Below the pieces are notes generated by a model, which ran no database searches, had not been told where the DNA came from, and worked only from the letters and a program-made list of their open reading frames with translations. A stretch of DNA of 64,000 bases from Anolis carolinensis (Eukaryota). Both the position numbers and the translations under genes were made by a program. Location of the stretch: positions 18,360,229 to 18,424,228 of the forward strand of contig NW_026943818.1 in the NCBI RefSeq assembly GCF_035594765.1. Direction: 5' to 3'. Shown in pieces: positions 36,887 through 50,072 of this stretch (the stretch's first letter is position 1; each line of letters starts with the position of its first letter).

Positions 36887-37113
36887 TGTCCATCATGGCG
36901 TTTGGGCTCTTGGTCTACCCTTTTGGCTTGGCTTCTGCAGCTGTGAGGAAGCGCTGCGGAAACGCGGGTGTCTACTACGCGGGTGACTGCCAGATCGGCT
37001 GGGGGTACATGCTGGCCATTGTGGGCGTCATGCTCTCCGTCTTCCTGCCCTTCTTCGCCAAATACACCCCCAAGGAGCAGGCCTCCCCCACCCCGATACC
37101 CACCATTTTATAG
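36887..37113 (+). CDS. TMEM211/LHFPL7-like, last coding exon
   Basis: Strong acceptor; VSIMAFGLLVYPFGLAS...C...YYAGDCQIGWGYMLAI...; phase-compatible with exon 2; total CDS 636 nt = 211 aa. Confidence 0.87.
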
Positions 37114-39794
37114 TATTTTTTCAGCCCTTTTCCACCAAGGATTCCGACGTTCCCGAATTGCGTTGACGCATGTTCGCCATACGCTTGAAAAACACAAGCA
37201 TTCCCGATCGGCGGGAAACAAATCTGGCGGATTGGATGCCTCAAGAGAAAGATAAGAGATCTGGGTTTTTATCCTGGAAATATCTGTCTACCTCCCAGTT
37301 TCTTCTTTATGTATGTGTCTTTTTTCTCTTGAAAACCTTTTTAAAACCTGGATTCACTTTTGTATCTTCTTGACTTCACTTCTGGGCCTTTTTTTTTGAA
37401 GTTTTTAATTGTGTGAGTGATAAGATTAAATAGTGGAAGGACAACACGTTATTCACTGAGGAAGGGGTCTCTTCCTTTTTGGCCTTTTATTTGTGCATGC
37501 CAATCCCGAACAGAGAAAGACCTTTTTTCTACTGTGGTCATTTGAATTTAGTTTAATTTTATTGCTGAATTCATGTGGTGAATCAGATGATTGAAAAGTG
37601 ATGGGGCATATTTCCAAGTGTGGTTTCATACAGGTGTCCCGAATGTGGACCAGGGAGGTCTCCGAGTGAGCCTTGTTTTCCATGAGTGTGGTTTGAGTAC
37701 TGGGACCTCATCACAATAGGAAATACTCCATTTCTGATACAATTTGGGAACGATTTCCAATGGGTTCCATTACACGACGTTTGCCACATCCCGTCAGTAA
37801 TCTGTCTGCAAAATGTCGCAGAACCAGAGTATTTTTATACATGATTCTAATCCTTGCATTTAAAATCATACAAAGTTTTCCATCGCTGAAGTGCTGTTTT
37901 TTTGTGTGATCAAGAAATCAGTATGGATCCCGTCAGCAACTATTAGACTTCAAATTCAGTGGTGTGTCTAGGGGGAAAAGTCTCTTGCCCTTGGACTGTT
38001 TGTGATGGAAGCAGCCACCATTTCTGTTTGGGATGTCGAAGGACCATAAAAGGAAATCGGGAATTGCCACTTTACCTCATTCTATTTTTTTAAAAGATTT
38101 TAACTAGAATCTGTGCAATTTCTTCCTATTAGTCAATAACTATTATGCCTTCTCAGGAGGAGAAGTGGCATTGTCAGAAGCTGCCGTCGCCTCTGCATCG
38201 CCTTGAGTTCAGCTTCATGAAACCGAAGGATGCAGTAAAGGAGCCATATCGAATGAATCAATCTTATCATTTAGAAATCTGATAAGATTAAATTCCTCAG
38301 TAATCCTGATTCAATTCTGCAGTACTCTTTATTTCACACCAAAAGGTAGCAATCAGGTAAATGCATTTACTATGCAGATGTGAGAATGCTTTCAAATCTC
38401 GCAAGAGTGGTAGTTCAAGACTTCGAGGCTACACAATATGAGATTTTTTAAAGGGTCATGGAGGGATGTAGAGAGTTTTCTGAACAGATTGGAGGAGACA
38501 TCCTTCCGTGGTGTGATGAGTCAAAGCGGAGTATTTTCTGAAGGTAAAAATCATAGTATTTGAGTGTGATGGGTCAGTATGCAACCCGTCTGAAAACAGT
38601 ATGCAATCAGGAAAAAAAAAAAACCAATGCGATTCATACTCATAGAAACAGATTACAACCATGGAGACTAAAGTTCGAATCTCCACTCACTGGTCCAGTC
38701 ACATACTTCAGGAAGCCCATGATAAGGTCGCCATGAGTTGGAAATGACTTGAAGGCCCACAACAACAAGGGCCATTCTCATCATTATCGCATTGCCACTG
38801 TGATAATTTCGAAGTGAAATGGGGCGATTTGTGGGTTGGAATAGACATGTGTCAGAGTTTGCCTGACAAATGCCCTCTACAATTCTCTGTAGTGTTTCTC
38901 AGTAGGGATGGGCTTGGCCTAGATGGCCCCTGGAGTACCTTCAGATCCTTATATGTTATCTGTGCTTCCGTTCGCTGGCTAAGAATCCCATATCACTCCA
39001 CTAGCAAAGTTGGTGAGAAATATCAACACTCCAGAGATCTCCTTGTGAAATGGTTTGGAAAACGAACCCATTCCCATCTCCAAAAATAGTCTCCAGTTGA
39101 CCATAATTCTTTCATTGTTGAAAACTGGAATGTGAGCCACAAGTAAGAATACAAGTTTTGTTGATGTGGTTTCTTTGAGCAATAACTCTTTGATTTTTGC
39201 ATTTTTACATTTGCTTCTTTTTTGGTCATTTCTCAGACTAAGAAGGGATGGATAGACCCGCTTCATTTACTTCTCACTTTTCCAACTTTCCTTTCAGGGC
39301 CTGGAGTTTCTCCAGACTTTAACTTGGCTCCTTCCATCCACCAAGAAAAGAAATGGTAGGCAAATTAGTAAACAGTTTTATGTGTGTGTTCACTGGACCC
39401 ATGCCTTTTTTAAGGGTACAGTTTGGCCTTGTATATGCAATTTTGGTAAGCGTGTTTGTCCTATAAGTCCTTCACAATATTGTACAGACAGTCCTCACTC
39501 AGGGATTGACATTCAACCACCATGTTTGCCACAAGCCACATCCCTGATGAATATGGATTTGTTTGGAGTTTTTAAATATCAGAAATAACCAGTTTGTTCC
39601 CAATTTTAGGGAAAGAACACATGCGTTTTGGCTCAAGCCAAAACATTAAAGGAGAATCATGTTTTCTTGGGCTTCCAGAATGTTAATTTGCATGGTCCCC
39701 CCCCCCCTTCAAATAAAGTAGTCATAAAGACTGGCAGGAGGCAAGTGAATTTTCAGGCGTTGTGCCCCCTGCTATAATAGATATCTCCTGTGGA

Positions 39795-39850
<56 letters not shown>

Positions 39851-41047
39851 ATGGATTCCTAAACTATTTTATTTTTTATACTTGTGAAGTTTGGGGAAGT
39901 GCCAAATTTTGGAAGATACTGAGTTTTGATTGACATCTATTGACTCAAAAGTGAAAAAATTCTAGTGAGACTTAAAAAGTATAAATCAAATTAATATAAT
40001 TTCCATTCTTAGTAAGATTCTTTTGTGTTTTATGGAATCCTGCCACATTTCAGTGTCTACATCAAGGGCAATAAATTGCGCCTGAGATATTACTGGACTG
40101 CATCTCCCATAAAACAAACAAATTTTCTAGACATGGTTTTTCCCCTTGAGTGATGCTCATCCCATTTAAAGTCCGATGTGTCTTTATCTCTCATTGCTCG
40201 ATCAAACCAATTTTACCGTGCAAAATTTGTAATAAGAAAGTAAGAGAAATGCAGGGTTAGGGTGGGCTGCCATCTTTTCTGTCCTAACTAGCCTGTGCCT
40301 TTTCAAATCAGGATGAACCATTTGCAGCAGCAAACAATGGCTATTAAATATTAAATGTTCATAACGCAGTGAAAATGGTGTACCGTCTTGTTGTAAAAAA
40401 AAAAAACAGAAAATCAACTCTGTATTTTGTATATGTGTGCTTTTTTCTTTAAACCTGATTTCTAGAACTTGAATGGACTATCCACTTTTCCCCTCCAAAA
40501 CTGGTTACTGTCGCCATTTGTTTCTGAGGTGTCTCTGGGGAAATGCTTGAACAATGCTTCCATTTTGTAATTTGAAAACTCTAGGAACTGTTGCTTTAGG
40601 TTCGACAGTTCCTTAAATACATGGCTATGCAGGTTCAAAACAAAAAATGTTGGATTTCTTGTGGTTCTCGGAGGAGATTGGCTGTGCACTTGTCCCTCCT
40701 CCACATTTGCGTTTTCGACTTCTGTGGATTTGATTATTCACAGATTTGACTGAAAATGTCCTTTCTCCCTTCTTCTGCGAAAGGCGACACGAATGACCGA
40801 TTCAGATCCAATTTTTATTCTAAAACTATATATATATAATATATATATTTAAATATCTATATAAAGATTTTACATGTAACAAAAAAGTTGTGTTTTCCAT
40901 GACTGTGGTTTTTCCCTGTATTTTTTGTCAAAGTGGCCCCTTTTTTTAGACAACTAACTCCCCAATGTCCTTTGTATTTGACTTGTGGAAGGAAATGCTT
41001 TCCATGGTTTGAAGTGTGACTTTTATGACTTGCCAACACTGTGTTAT

Positions 41048-41053
41048 AATAAA
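41048..41053 (+). terminator. Candidate polyadenylation signal of the TMEM211-like gene (about 4-kb 3'UTR)
   Basis: AATAAA preceded by TGTA/U-rich sequence and followed by GU-rich sequence; another AATAAA exists near 39712. Confidence 0.4.
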
Positions 41054-42111
41054 GCAATTCCTTGCTGTTGATTGAGTTTCGCTCTTGCTATTTGTGTCAT
41101 ATCAGGGAAAAGCTTGCATGCCGGCTGCCATCTCGTGTATGGGAGTCTCTTGTTTTAATGCTCATATAATAACTTTACCCATCTTTTGGACTTTAAATTC
41201 AGACACTTCACAGCAAACGTTTCGTGAAAGCTACAAAAAGAACAGATTCCTCATTTCAGCCGTCCCCGCTTTTGCTCTGGGCCCCCAGCCATCCAATGAG
41301 TTAATATTTTGATCTGTTGCAGACTTGAGAGTAATTTCTTGGAAAATGCCCTAAATAAATGGAAAGGTGATTGTCTTGAATTGGTATTGATCTCGCTATT
41401 ACTTCCAATCAATTGTAGCCGGAGGTGTAATTAGTTTGCTTCTGCTGGGTTGAACTAAGTGGTGGCAGGCATCCTAAATGCAAGGAAATTGCCTTAAAAT
41501 CTCATTCTCAACAATAAGTGGCACAAGGGACCAATCTTGCAATTCATGTTTTTCAAGAAGACGGAGAAATAAAGGAAGCCACCAGGAAATCTACTTTGCA
41601 TCTTGTCCCGTTGGGTCTAAGATTCCCTTCAGGCCATTCCTTCTCCTCGCATTGACATTTTCAAAGGTCTTTCTTGAAAAAGTTCCAAAAGAATGGGTTT
41701 CTTTTGTGGGTTAATGTTGTCTTAATGCAGGATGGATGGTATTTTAAATGTTTGGAGCTTTCTTCCTTTGAGACCTGGTTGTATGTTTATTGGCCTGGAT
41801 TCTCGTGTTGTTGAAGAGTGATCAATACTGATGTAAATCCTGTTGGTTCACTTAGAATGGCATCCCACACCTTTCCCTCCACTGTTTCTAAACACTTCTA
41901 GAACAGTTAAGAGACAAAATACAACAGAGCCCATCAAATGGTGCAGACAGGTTTCCGAAATTTAGGGGACAGAAGATGGGGAGTAATTGTCTTCTTGGCT
42001 CACAATGTGCTCAGAAACAGGAAAAGGCCCTTTAAAACACGTAGGATGGGATCTGTCAGATTTGCCCACGTTGAATAATCTTGGTGACAAGAGTAATGGG
42101 CATTCCTAATG

Positions 42112-42272
42112 CTGCTCATCTCCATTTCTAAGCCGAAGAGCCAGCGTTGTCCATAGGCACTCCAAGGTCATGTGGCCAGTATGACTGCATGGAGCACTGT
42201 TACTTTCTCGTTGAAGTGGTACCTATTGATATACTCACATTTGCATATTTTTGACCTGCTTGGTTGGCAGAA
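42112..42272 (-). mobile_element. Sauria SINE fragment
   Basis: Reverse complement of the 32510-32762 body. Confidence 0.75.
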
Positions 42273-43894
42273 CAGCAGGAGTTACTCACATTTGCAGAGG
42301 TAGTGCTCTGTAGGAGAGGTAGCGATCTGTAAAAAGTGCTAGTACAATAAGTACTATAAATAAGTACTGTGTACTATGTCTTTCGCATGGTCCGAGGCTT
42401 TGGGGACCCAACTACTGGTAACATGAGATTTCAAATTTTTCCCAGGTTTTTTTTTTTTTTTAAATAGGAGTGGACGGGAACTAAACTTTGATGTTCTAAA
42501 TTACAAAGAGTGCACTTTTGGCTGCTGTGTATTACATTCGGCAGAAAATATGGTCCTCCATTTCTGAAACAGATTACAGACAGAGTTCGACACATTACCG
42601 TCGGGATGGAGGTGAACGTCGTGTGATGGGACCCATTGGAAATTGTTATCAAACGGTTTCAGGAATGGCATATTTCCTAATGTGATGGAACTCCGTCATC
42701 AAAAGCATTGCCAAAATAACCAGTTGCGGTCTCTTGAGCATAATACAACGGGCTGAGCGATCCCAATGCGCAATTGAATAGTTTGCAGTGTTTTAGTAGC
42801 ACAGAAATTTGTAGTTTCATCTGTTCACTGCAAAGAGATGGAGGGATTCGAAGTCTAAAGGACTGCAAATGCCTTCCCAAATGCGGTTTCCTTCATCTGT
42901 ATGAAATGAGAAACCGTGAACACATATTCTGGATACAGGAGAGGATGAGAAGAACACCAAATCCTGGTTAGAATCAAAACCCTTTTTGGATTTAGATCCC
43001 AACCTGGCCAAAATAGGATAACGTTTGCAACCCATAAAGGGTATATTTCCCAAAAGTCTCAGGCAAAAGCAATTTGCGGCATTCTTTCCCGGTTTATAGT
43101 GTTTTCCCTCATTCGTTCACGGTGTTTTGCCCTCATGAGCAGCCCCACATTTTCATCTCATTTCATTTCATCTCATTTCATTTCATACACATCGTTCTTC
43201 ATCCCACGAAACTCTCTCCATCTTTCCCGGAGAGGCCTATTGTGTATCAATGATCGCGGCTCCCTGCTTTCAAATCCCATTTTTATTTTCCGGCCGCTCC
43301 GCAGATGGCAGCGTTTTGCATGCAGCGCCTTCAAAATTATCATCCGAATGAGATTAAATGTGAAAACGCAGTCGAGATGTTTGCCTGGGAGGGAGGCACA
43401 CAAAAGCAGGGCGGTTGTGAGAGATAGAAAGGTCTCTTCCCACCCCCACCCCCACCCCGTTCTTCTCTATTCCTCCCATTCCTTTCTCTCTGAACAAAAT
43501 GCGTAGTCTTCCAGCTGCAGAACCATCGTGACTGTGATGTCGCTTGAGGGCAAAGAAACGAATAAAGAGATGCCTTCTTGTGAAGCTGCATCATAAAGGG
43601 ATAGTCAGCCTTCCACGTTGGCTGCTGTTAGGGGCACAGGACCCCTTTGTGAAATAGCAGTTTTAAAAACCTAAGACAGGGACCGCAAACTTTTTACGCC
43701 ATGGGCTGGTTCACAGTCCCTCAGATTGTCAAGTGTGCTTTCGGCTGATGAGAGAGTCAAGCTAATTATGATGGTTCTTGCTGTTGCCTTCAAGTTGTCC
43801 CAGACTTATCAGTTTTCTTGTCAAGATTTGTTCAAAGGAGATATTCATTTATCTTCATTTGAGGCTGAGAGAGTGTGGCTTGGCTACAGGCAGC

Positions 43895-44180
43895 CTCCCT
43901 CCCTCTCCTTTTTTCTCCCTCCCTAATTCCCTTCCTTCCTTTTCCTCTTTCTCCCTCCTCCCTTCCTGTCTCATTTCCTTTCTTCTTTCCTCCCTTTTCT
44001 CTCAGCTTCCTTTTATACTTCCTTCACTTGCCCCTTTCTCCCTCCCTCATTCCCTTTCTTCTTTCCTTTTTTCCTTTCCTCTCTCCTTCTTTCCATCCTT
44101 CCTTTCTTTCTTGCCCTTGCTTCCCCCTCTCTCATTCCCTTCCTTCCTTCCTTCTTTCCTTTCTTTCTTCCTTCTTCCTC
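43895..44180. repeat. Long polypyrimidine/polypurine low-complexity tract
   Basis: Nearly pure C/T on the plus strand. Confidence 0.85.
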
Positions 44181-44443
44181 AGTGGCATCTTATGCGAAAG
44201 CAGCGTGAGGGAAATGGCAGCAGCAAAAAGGTGCCAATGCAAAAGGGTTGGTGACAGGGGCCGGATAAATGTCCTTGGTGGGCCTATATCTCTCCCAAAG
44301 GCCATAATTTGAGGATCCCTGACCTAAAACAACATCTCCTCTTGCCCTTTTCAGTACAAATGACATTGAACTCAGTTTGCAGCCACTGGAATAAGACAAG
44401 AGCAAAGGCAGGAGGAGACTATAGAAAATGGGACTCTTTAGAA

Positions 44444-45147
44444 CAGGGGTCCTCAAACTTTTGAAGCAAAGGGCCGGTCCACAATTCTTCAGACTGTTGT
44501 GGGGCCAAATTATCATTTGAAAAAAAATACAAATTCCTATGCATACTGCACATGTCTTATTTGTAGTGAAACAACAACAACAACAACAACAACAATGAAA
44601 GAACAATACAATATTTAAAAATGAAAACAATTGTAACCAACATAAACCTATCAGGATTTCAATGGGAAGTGTGGGCCTGCTTGTGGCCAATGAAATAGTC
44701 AAGTTAATTAGGATTGTTGTTGTTGTGTGACTTCAAGTCATTTCAGACTTTGGCCGAGCCTAAGTCTAAACTTAATTATTTATTTACTGCATTTATTTAC
44801 TACATTTATATCTCACCCTTCTCACCCTGAAGGGGACTCAGAGCAGCTATATGTACATACAATATATTATATTATTAGCATAGCACAATATTAGCATTAT
44901 ATAATTCTATATTGAACTATACCACTATACTATTATATGTTATGTAATATATAACATATAATTAATATTATTATATTAGTATTATATTGTATAACATAAT
45001 ATTATTATCAATATTATATGTATATACAATATATTATATTATTAGAACTGATATAAAAATATCATATTATAAAACTGAGGGCGGGGGCCAGGTAAATGAC
45101 CTTGGAGGGCCGCATTCGGCCCCCAGGCCTTAGTTTGGGGACCCCTG
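44444..45147. mobile_element. Non-autonomous hAT transposon (OposCharlie-like termini)
   Basis: TIR CAGGGGTCCTCAAACT / AGTTTGGGGACCCCTG; 8-bp TSD CTTTAGAA (44436-44443, 45148-45155); empty site in paralogue near 27605. Confidence 0.93.
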
Positions 45148-45358
45148 CTTTAGAAGTTGAAAAGAACTTGCCCTTTTACCCTTTAGTCAGTCAAAAGGAA
45201 TCGTGGAAAGACAGGGAAGAAAAATACATCTTAGATTATTTCATTGAATTAAAGAGCTGTTTTACTTCTTACAGGAACGTTTGTGAGATCATTCTGCCCA
45301 AAGGTAACACACCACTAGAAGTTCTTTAAAATCAGCAAAGTTGTCAAATGTGGACAGA

Positions 45359-48300
45359 TCAGTAGTAGGTCTCCCTCTCTACCCAACCGTCAGGATGTCT
45401 GCGGATAATGAGCTTCCGGATTTCGTCATAGACGAAAATCAGCAGGCTGAATGGCATGGGGCAAAGCCACCACGTGAGCTGGAGTGGGTACATGCGCAAG
45501 GCAACCTCCATGCCGGGGCAGTATGACAGGAAGACCGCCAGGGTGGTTTCCTCAATGAGGCCGAAGATCAGGATCTTGTTATTCATGCCCTGCTGGAAGA
45601 GAGAAAGTTTCCGGGTCTTGCAGATGATCAGGTCTGTCCACTGCACAACCACAATGCTGCAGAAGAAGGCGGTGTGGCAGGTGTATTCGATCACTTTCCG
45701 CTGCTCGTAAGTCCACTGCTGGCCATAGCTGTCCTCCAAGTCGTTCTTGGATCGGTTGTCCCAATCCAGGCGGATCCCCAACAAGGTGGTGGGGAGGAAC
45801 CCGTATTCAGCCATGATCACAAAGTAAGTGAAGAAGCCGGCAATGGCTTGCATCATGCCGATCTGCCCGTACGACATGCTGATGAGGCGTTCATTCACTA
45901 GCTTGTCTGTCTTGGAGTTGCGCGGATGCCTCTTCATGATGTCACTCTCTGCCTTCTCGTAGGCTAGAGAGATGGCGGGCACCATATCGGTCCCCAGGTC
46001 AATGCACAGGATGGTGATGGTTCCCAGAGGCAATGGGATGCTAAAAATGATAAACATCAGGAAAGGGGAGATCTCTGGGATGTTGCTGGTCAAGGTGTAG
46101 GCGATGGACTTCTTGAGGTTGTCAAAGATCAGCCGGCCTTCCTCCACGCCTGTCACGATGGAGGCAAAGTTGTCATCGAGCAGGATCATGTCTGCAGCTT
46201 GTTTGGAGACATCGGAGCCAGCGATGCCCATGGCGATGCCGATGTCGGCCTTCTTGAGCGCGGGAGAGTCGTTCACTCCATCACCCGTCACGGCCACAAT
46301 GGCTCCCTGCCGCTGGCACCCTTCCACAATAATGAGTTTCTGTTGCGGGGAAGTGCGGGCAAAGACAATCTCGCTGTGGTTCCTCAGGACGTCATCCAAT
46401 TCTTCAGAGGTCATATCTTTGAGGTCGCTTCCATGAATCACACAGGCCTTGGCTTCTCTTGGGTTCACCTCAGAGACGGGGATGTTGAGTCGTTCAGCAA
46501 TGTCCTCTACCGTCTCAGTCCCCTCAGAGATGATGCCCACTCCCTTGGCAATGGCTTTGGCGGTGATCGGATGATCCCCGGTCACCATGATCACCTTGAT
46601 CCCGGCACTTCGGCATTTCCCGACGGCGTCTGGCACAGCTGCCCGAGGCGGGTCGATCATGGAGATGAGCCCAACAAAGCAGAGTTTGTTGATGGGGAAG
46701 TTGACTTTCTCCACGTCAAATTTGAAGGCTCGGGGAAATTGCTTCTCAGGGAGGTAGCTCTGGCAGAAACCCAGCACCCTCTCGCCCAGCCCTCCCAGCT
46801 CATCATAAGCTTTCTGAAAGGCCTCTTGCATTGTTTTGTCCAAGTTGACTTCCTTCCCATTGATCATGATGGTGGAACATACATCAAGGATCCTCTCGGG
46901 AGCCCCTTTCATCACCAGGATGTGGCCTTTGGGTTTATCCTCGGCTTCATGGATGGACAGCTGGTATTTGTTGGTGGAGTTGAAAGGAATCTCTGCTACT
47001 TTAGGGTTATGTTCCCGCATGGTCGCCACAGACCCGTAGGAGAGCTCTACGCATTTCAGGAGTGCTGACTCAGATGCGTCCCCGGTAGTTTCCCTCTTGG
47101 CAACAGGGACGTCCTCCTGCCCAGGCTTGAAGTCAGCCCGGTTGCAGAGCCCGGCGATACGGGTGAGGGCCAACCAAGTGGGTGAGCGCTTCTTCATCAT
47201 CACTGCCCCTGCTTGTTCCTCAGTGGTGTCAGCGGCAAAGATCTCATTGTCGCACCACATATGAGCAACAGTCATGCGGTTCTGGGTCAAGGTTCCGGTC
47301 TTATCTGAGCAGATGGTGGAGGTGGAGCCCAGCGTCTCCACTGCCTCCAGGTTCTTCACCAGGCAATTCTTTAAGGCCATGCGCTTGGCTGTGAGAGTCA
47401 GGCAGACAGTGACGGTGGCCAAGAGTCCTTCGGGGACGTTTGCCACGATTATGCCGATCAAGAAGATAACCGCCTCCAGCCAGTGGTAACCGAGTACAAT
47501 GGCCAGGATGAAGAACGTCACTCCCAGGAAAACAGCCACAGAGGTGATGATATGGATGAAGTGTTCAATCTCTCGGGCAATGGGGGTGGTTCCTTGCCCT
47601 AGGCCAGATGCTAAAGAAGCAATGCGTCCCATCACAGTATCATCTCCCGTTAAGATGACGACGCCTTGAGCAGTTCCTTCCACACAGTTGGTTGAGAAGA
47701 AGCAAATATTGCGTGTTTCGAGCGGGTTCTCGTTGGTGTAATCTGCGCTTCGGCTCTGCGGCTCTGATTCACCCGTGAGGGAGGAGTTGTCCACCTTGCA
47801 GCCGCTGGCTGAGACAATCCGCAAATCGGCGGGGATCCGGTCTCCTCCTTTGATCTCCACCAAGTCCCCCACCACCACTTCCTCCGCATTGATCTGCGTC
47901 CTCTTGCCGTCCCGGATGACCAGGGCTTTCTGTGGTACCATGTGCTTGAAAGACTCCATGATCTGGGAGCTTTTGGCCTCCTGGTAATAGGAGAAGCAGC
48001 CTGTGATCAGCACCACCGATGACAATACAATACCCAGGTAGAGGTTGTCCTTTTGCGCGTTGCTCTCCACTAGCTCCTGGATGGCATAGGCAAAGAAGCA
48101 GAGGATGGCCCCGATCCACAGCAGGATGCTGAAGCCCCCAAAGAGCTGGCGACAGAATTTGACCCACTCTGGCGTGGTCGGGGGCGGGGTCAGGGCGTTG
48201 GGGCCATCCCGGGCCAAAATTTCTGCCGCTTGGGTTGTAGTAAGGCCTGTGCTCAGGTCAGTCTTATACTTCTGGGCGAGTTCTTCCAAGGAGAGCTTGT

Positions 48301-48391
48301 GGTCATCGATGTCCACTTCCTTCTTCAGATCCTCCAGTTCTTCCCCCTTTTTCTTCTTGCCTTTCTTCAGAGGAGGTTTCTTCTTCCCCAT
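45359..48391 (-). CDS. Intronless Na+/K+-ATPase alpha subunit, alpha2/alpha4-like retrogene, copy B (1010 aa)
   Basis: Same P2C ATPase motifs; intact ORF ending [12 protein letters not shown]. Confidence 0.97.
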   Translation of the reverse strand: MGKKKPPLKKGKKKKGEELEDLKKEVDIDDHKLSLEELAQKYKTDLSTGLTTTQAAEILARDGPNALTPPPTTPEWVKFCRQLFGGFSILLWIGAILCFFAYAIQELVESNAQKDNLYLGIVLSSVVLITGCFSYYQEAKSSQIMESFKHMVPQKALVIRDGKRTQINAEEVVVGDLVEIKGGDRIPADLRIVSASGCKVDNSSLTGESEPQSRSADYTNENPLETRNICFFSTNCVEGTAQGVVILTGDDTVMGRIASLASGLGQGTTPIAREIEHFIHIITSVAVFLGVTFFILAIVLGYHWLEAVIFLIGIIVANVPEGLLATVTVCLTLTAKRMALKNCLVKNLEAVETLGSTSTICSDKTGTLTQNRMTVAHMWCDNEIFAADTTEEQAGAVMMKKRSPTWLALTRIAGLCNRADFKPGQEDVPVAKRETTGDASESALLKCVELSYGSVATMREHNPKVAEIPFNSTNKYQLSIHEAEDKPKGHILVMKGAPERILDVCSTIMINGKEVNLDKTMQEAFQKAYDELGGLGERVLGFCQSYLPEKQFPRAFKFDVEKVNFPINKLCFVGLISMIDPPRAAVPDAVGKCRSAGIKVIMVTGDHPITAKAIAKGVGIISEGTETVEDIAERLNIPVSEVNPREAKACVIHGSDLKDMTSEELDDVLRNHSEIVFARTSPQQKLIIVEGCQRQGAIVAVTGDGVNDSPALKKADIGIAMGIAGSDVSKQAADMILLDDNFASIVTGVEEGRLIFDNLKKSIAYTLTSNIPEISPFLMFIIFSIPLPLGTITILCIDLGTDMVPAISLAYEKAESDIMKRHPRNSKTDKLVNERLISMSYGQIGMMQAIAGFFTYFVIMAEYGFLPTTLLGIRLDWDNRSKNDLEDSYGQQWTYEQRKVIEYTCHTAFFCSIVVVQWTDLIICKTRKLSLFQQGMNNKILIFGLIEETTLAVFLSYCPGMEVALRMYPLQLTWWLCPMPFSLLIFVYDEIRKLIIRRHPDGWVERETYY

Positions 48392-48504
48392 AATGGCAGT
48401 GGGGTACCTTTCCTCGGGACCTCTTAATGGTATCTAGGGGTACAGAAGGGTGGGCTGGATAGACCTCCCACACTCCAAAGTTGGACAAGAGTTGGGACAA
48501 CAGG

Positions 48505-48657
48505 CCAAGTTGCCTGTTAAGAGACCCTCCTCACTGACCACCTTGAGGAGACTGAAGACCAAGGCCCTAGCAACCAACCAACCAACCATCTTTGTCTTCT
48601 AGTATGAGACTCCTCCCCTTAGCAACCGAGGCCACGCCCACAGCACCCAGGAAACCT
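48505..48657 (-). promoter_or_regulatory. Putative promoter of ATPase copy B (shorter version of copy A promoter)
   Basis: CCTAGCAAC (48566), CTTAGCAAC (48618), GCCACGCCC; homologous to about 31740-31902. Confidence 0.5.
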
Positions 48658-49878
48658 CTCATCTGTCTATCTCTTTGTCTGTCTGTTTGTCTGTCCATAT
48701 CTGCTCCCTCTCTCTTCATCTCTCTGTCTGTCTGTTTCTTCATCTATCTATTTATCTACCTGTCTACCTATTTCATCCATCTATCACTTCATCTCTCTCT
48801 CTCATTCGGTATTCCTTCTTACCTTGCTGTCTGTCTATTAATCCCTTTCTCTTCATCTTTCTCATTCAATCCATCTATCTCCCTGCCTACCTTTCTGCCT
48901 ATCTATTTATATATCGCTCTTAACCTCTCCATCCATTGCTGTGGCTACGAAAAAGCATGGTTAGAGGAAATGGAGATTCCTAGATATTCTCCATCCAAGG
49001 CCTAGACTCCATCCCTCCTCTCTCTTCCTTTTCTTTTGGAAGGGGAAGTCCATTTCTCCTTGCATTTGTGCTTCATGGGCAGTGCTGACTTGGTAGCATT
49101 GCCTTGATGAAGCGGTAAGTCAAATCCTGGCGTCTGGTGCCACCTAGAAGCTCTTGCTCGAAATGCAGCAGTAGCTCTGCTTTGTAGCAGTGGCCCATGC
49201 CTCATCAATACCTTGCTTTGGCCACTGCAGAGCATCCAACCTGGGACATAAAGGATGCCTAGCGAGGATCTATTTTGTCAGATGGATGAAACCGTAGGTA
49301 CTAGTTCCGTGGATATAGAGTTTGTCCTGCAATTACATATCTCTCCTGGTTAATCCTCAACCAACACCTTAATCCGGGACTAAACTGTTCTGTCCAGTTT
49401 TAACAGAGAATGGTAAGTTGTTTCATAGCCAGGTTGTAAATAATCTCAGTGAAAAGGATGTGTCAAATGGAAACAGTTGGATGGCTTATGATTTCGGAAA
49501 CAGAAGTCAGTGTGGGAATTGTCGCCCTTGGCATCAGGAAGATTAGAAAGCAGCAGAGAATATAAGGTGGTCTTCTCTAGGAAACTGATGCCGGTGGCCT
49601 CAGCCATAAACCATCTTCCCGCTGACGCAGATTTTTCTTATCCTGGGTGGCAAAGTACTCCAGGGAAAGTCTCTTAATGTGATTTAAAGGAAATGAATGC
49701 AGGGAAACTGACATTGGGGGGATCGAAGGCACCTCAAGAAAGGTGAACCTTATCTGTCCATTTTCCAGCTCTCAGAGAAGTGCCTGGATAAGATCCACAT
49801 AGACTCAGGATTTAATAAAGTGTCCTCTGGAGATCAGATGGAAACCGTAACAGAAACAAGTAGTTTATTTTTAAGGTA

Positions 49879-49925
<47 letters not shown>

Positions 49926-50072
49926 GGTAGCACATAACAAGGATGCTAACAGGACTCATATGAGTCCTAGATGGTCAAAACTTTATAGACATTTCAATTT
50001 GTGTCGCTCAAATGATAGACAGCTAGGAATTGAGGCCTTTGCTTCGTCGCTTGAACCTATGGCACAAACGGC

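Larger units (their letters stand above)
43261..49773. repeat. Segmental duplication unit B (contains ATPase copy B)
   Basis: Direct-orientation paralogue of 26672-35454; e.g. identical 77-aa spurious ORFs at 33800 and 49002. Confidence 0.92.

Noticed and set aside
28539-48391. ATPase copies as processed pseudogenes, H+/K+-ATPases or foreign contamination
   Set aside because: ORFs are intact over 1000 codons, M5 has TSN (not the H,K-type lysine), sequences are vertebrate alpha2/alpha4-like, and they are embedded in lizard repeats.
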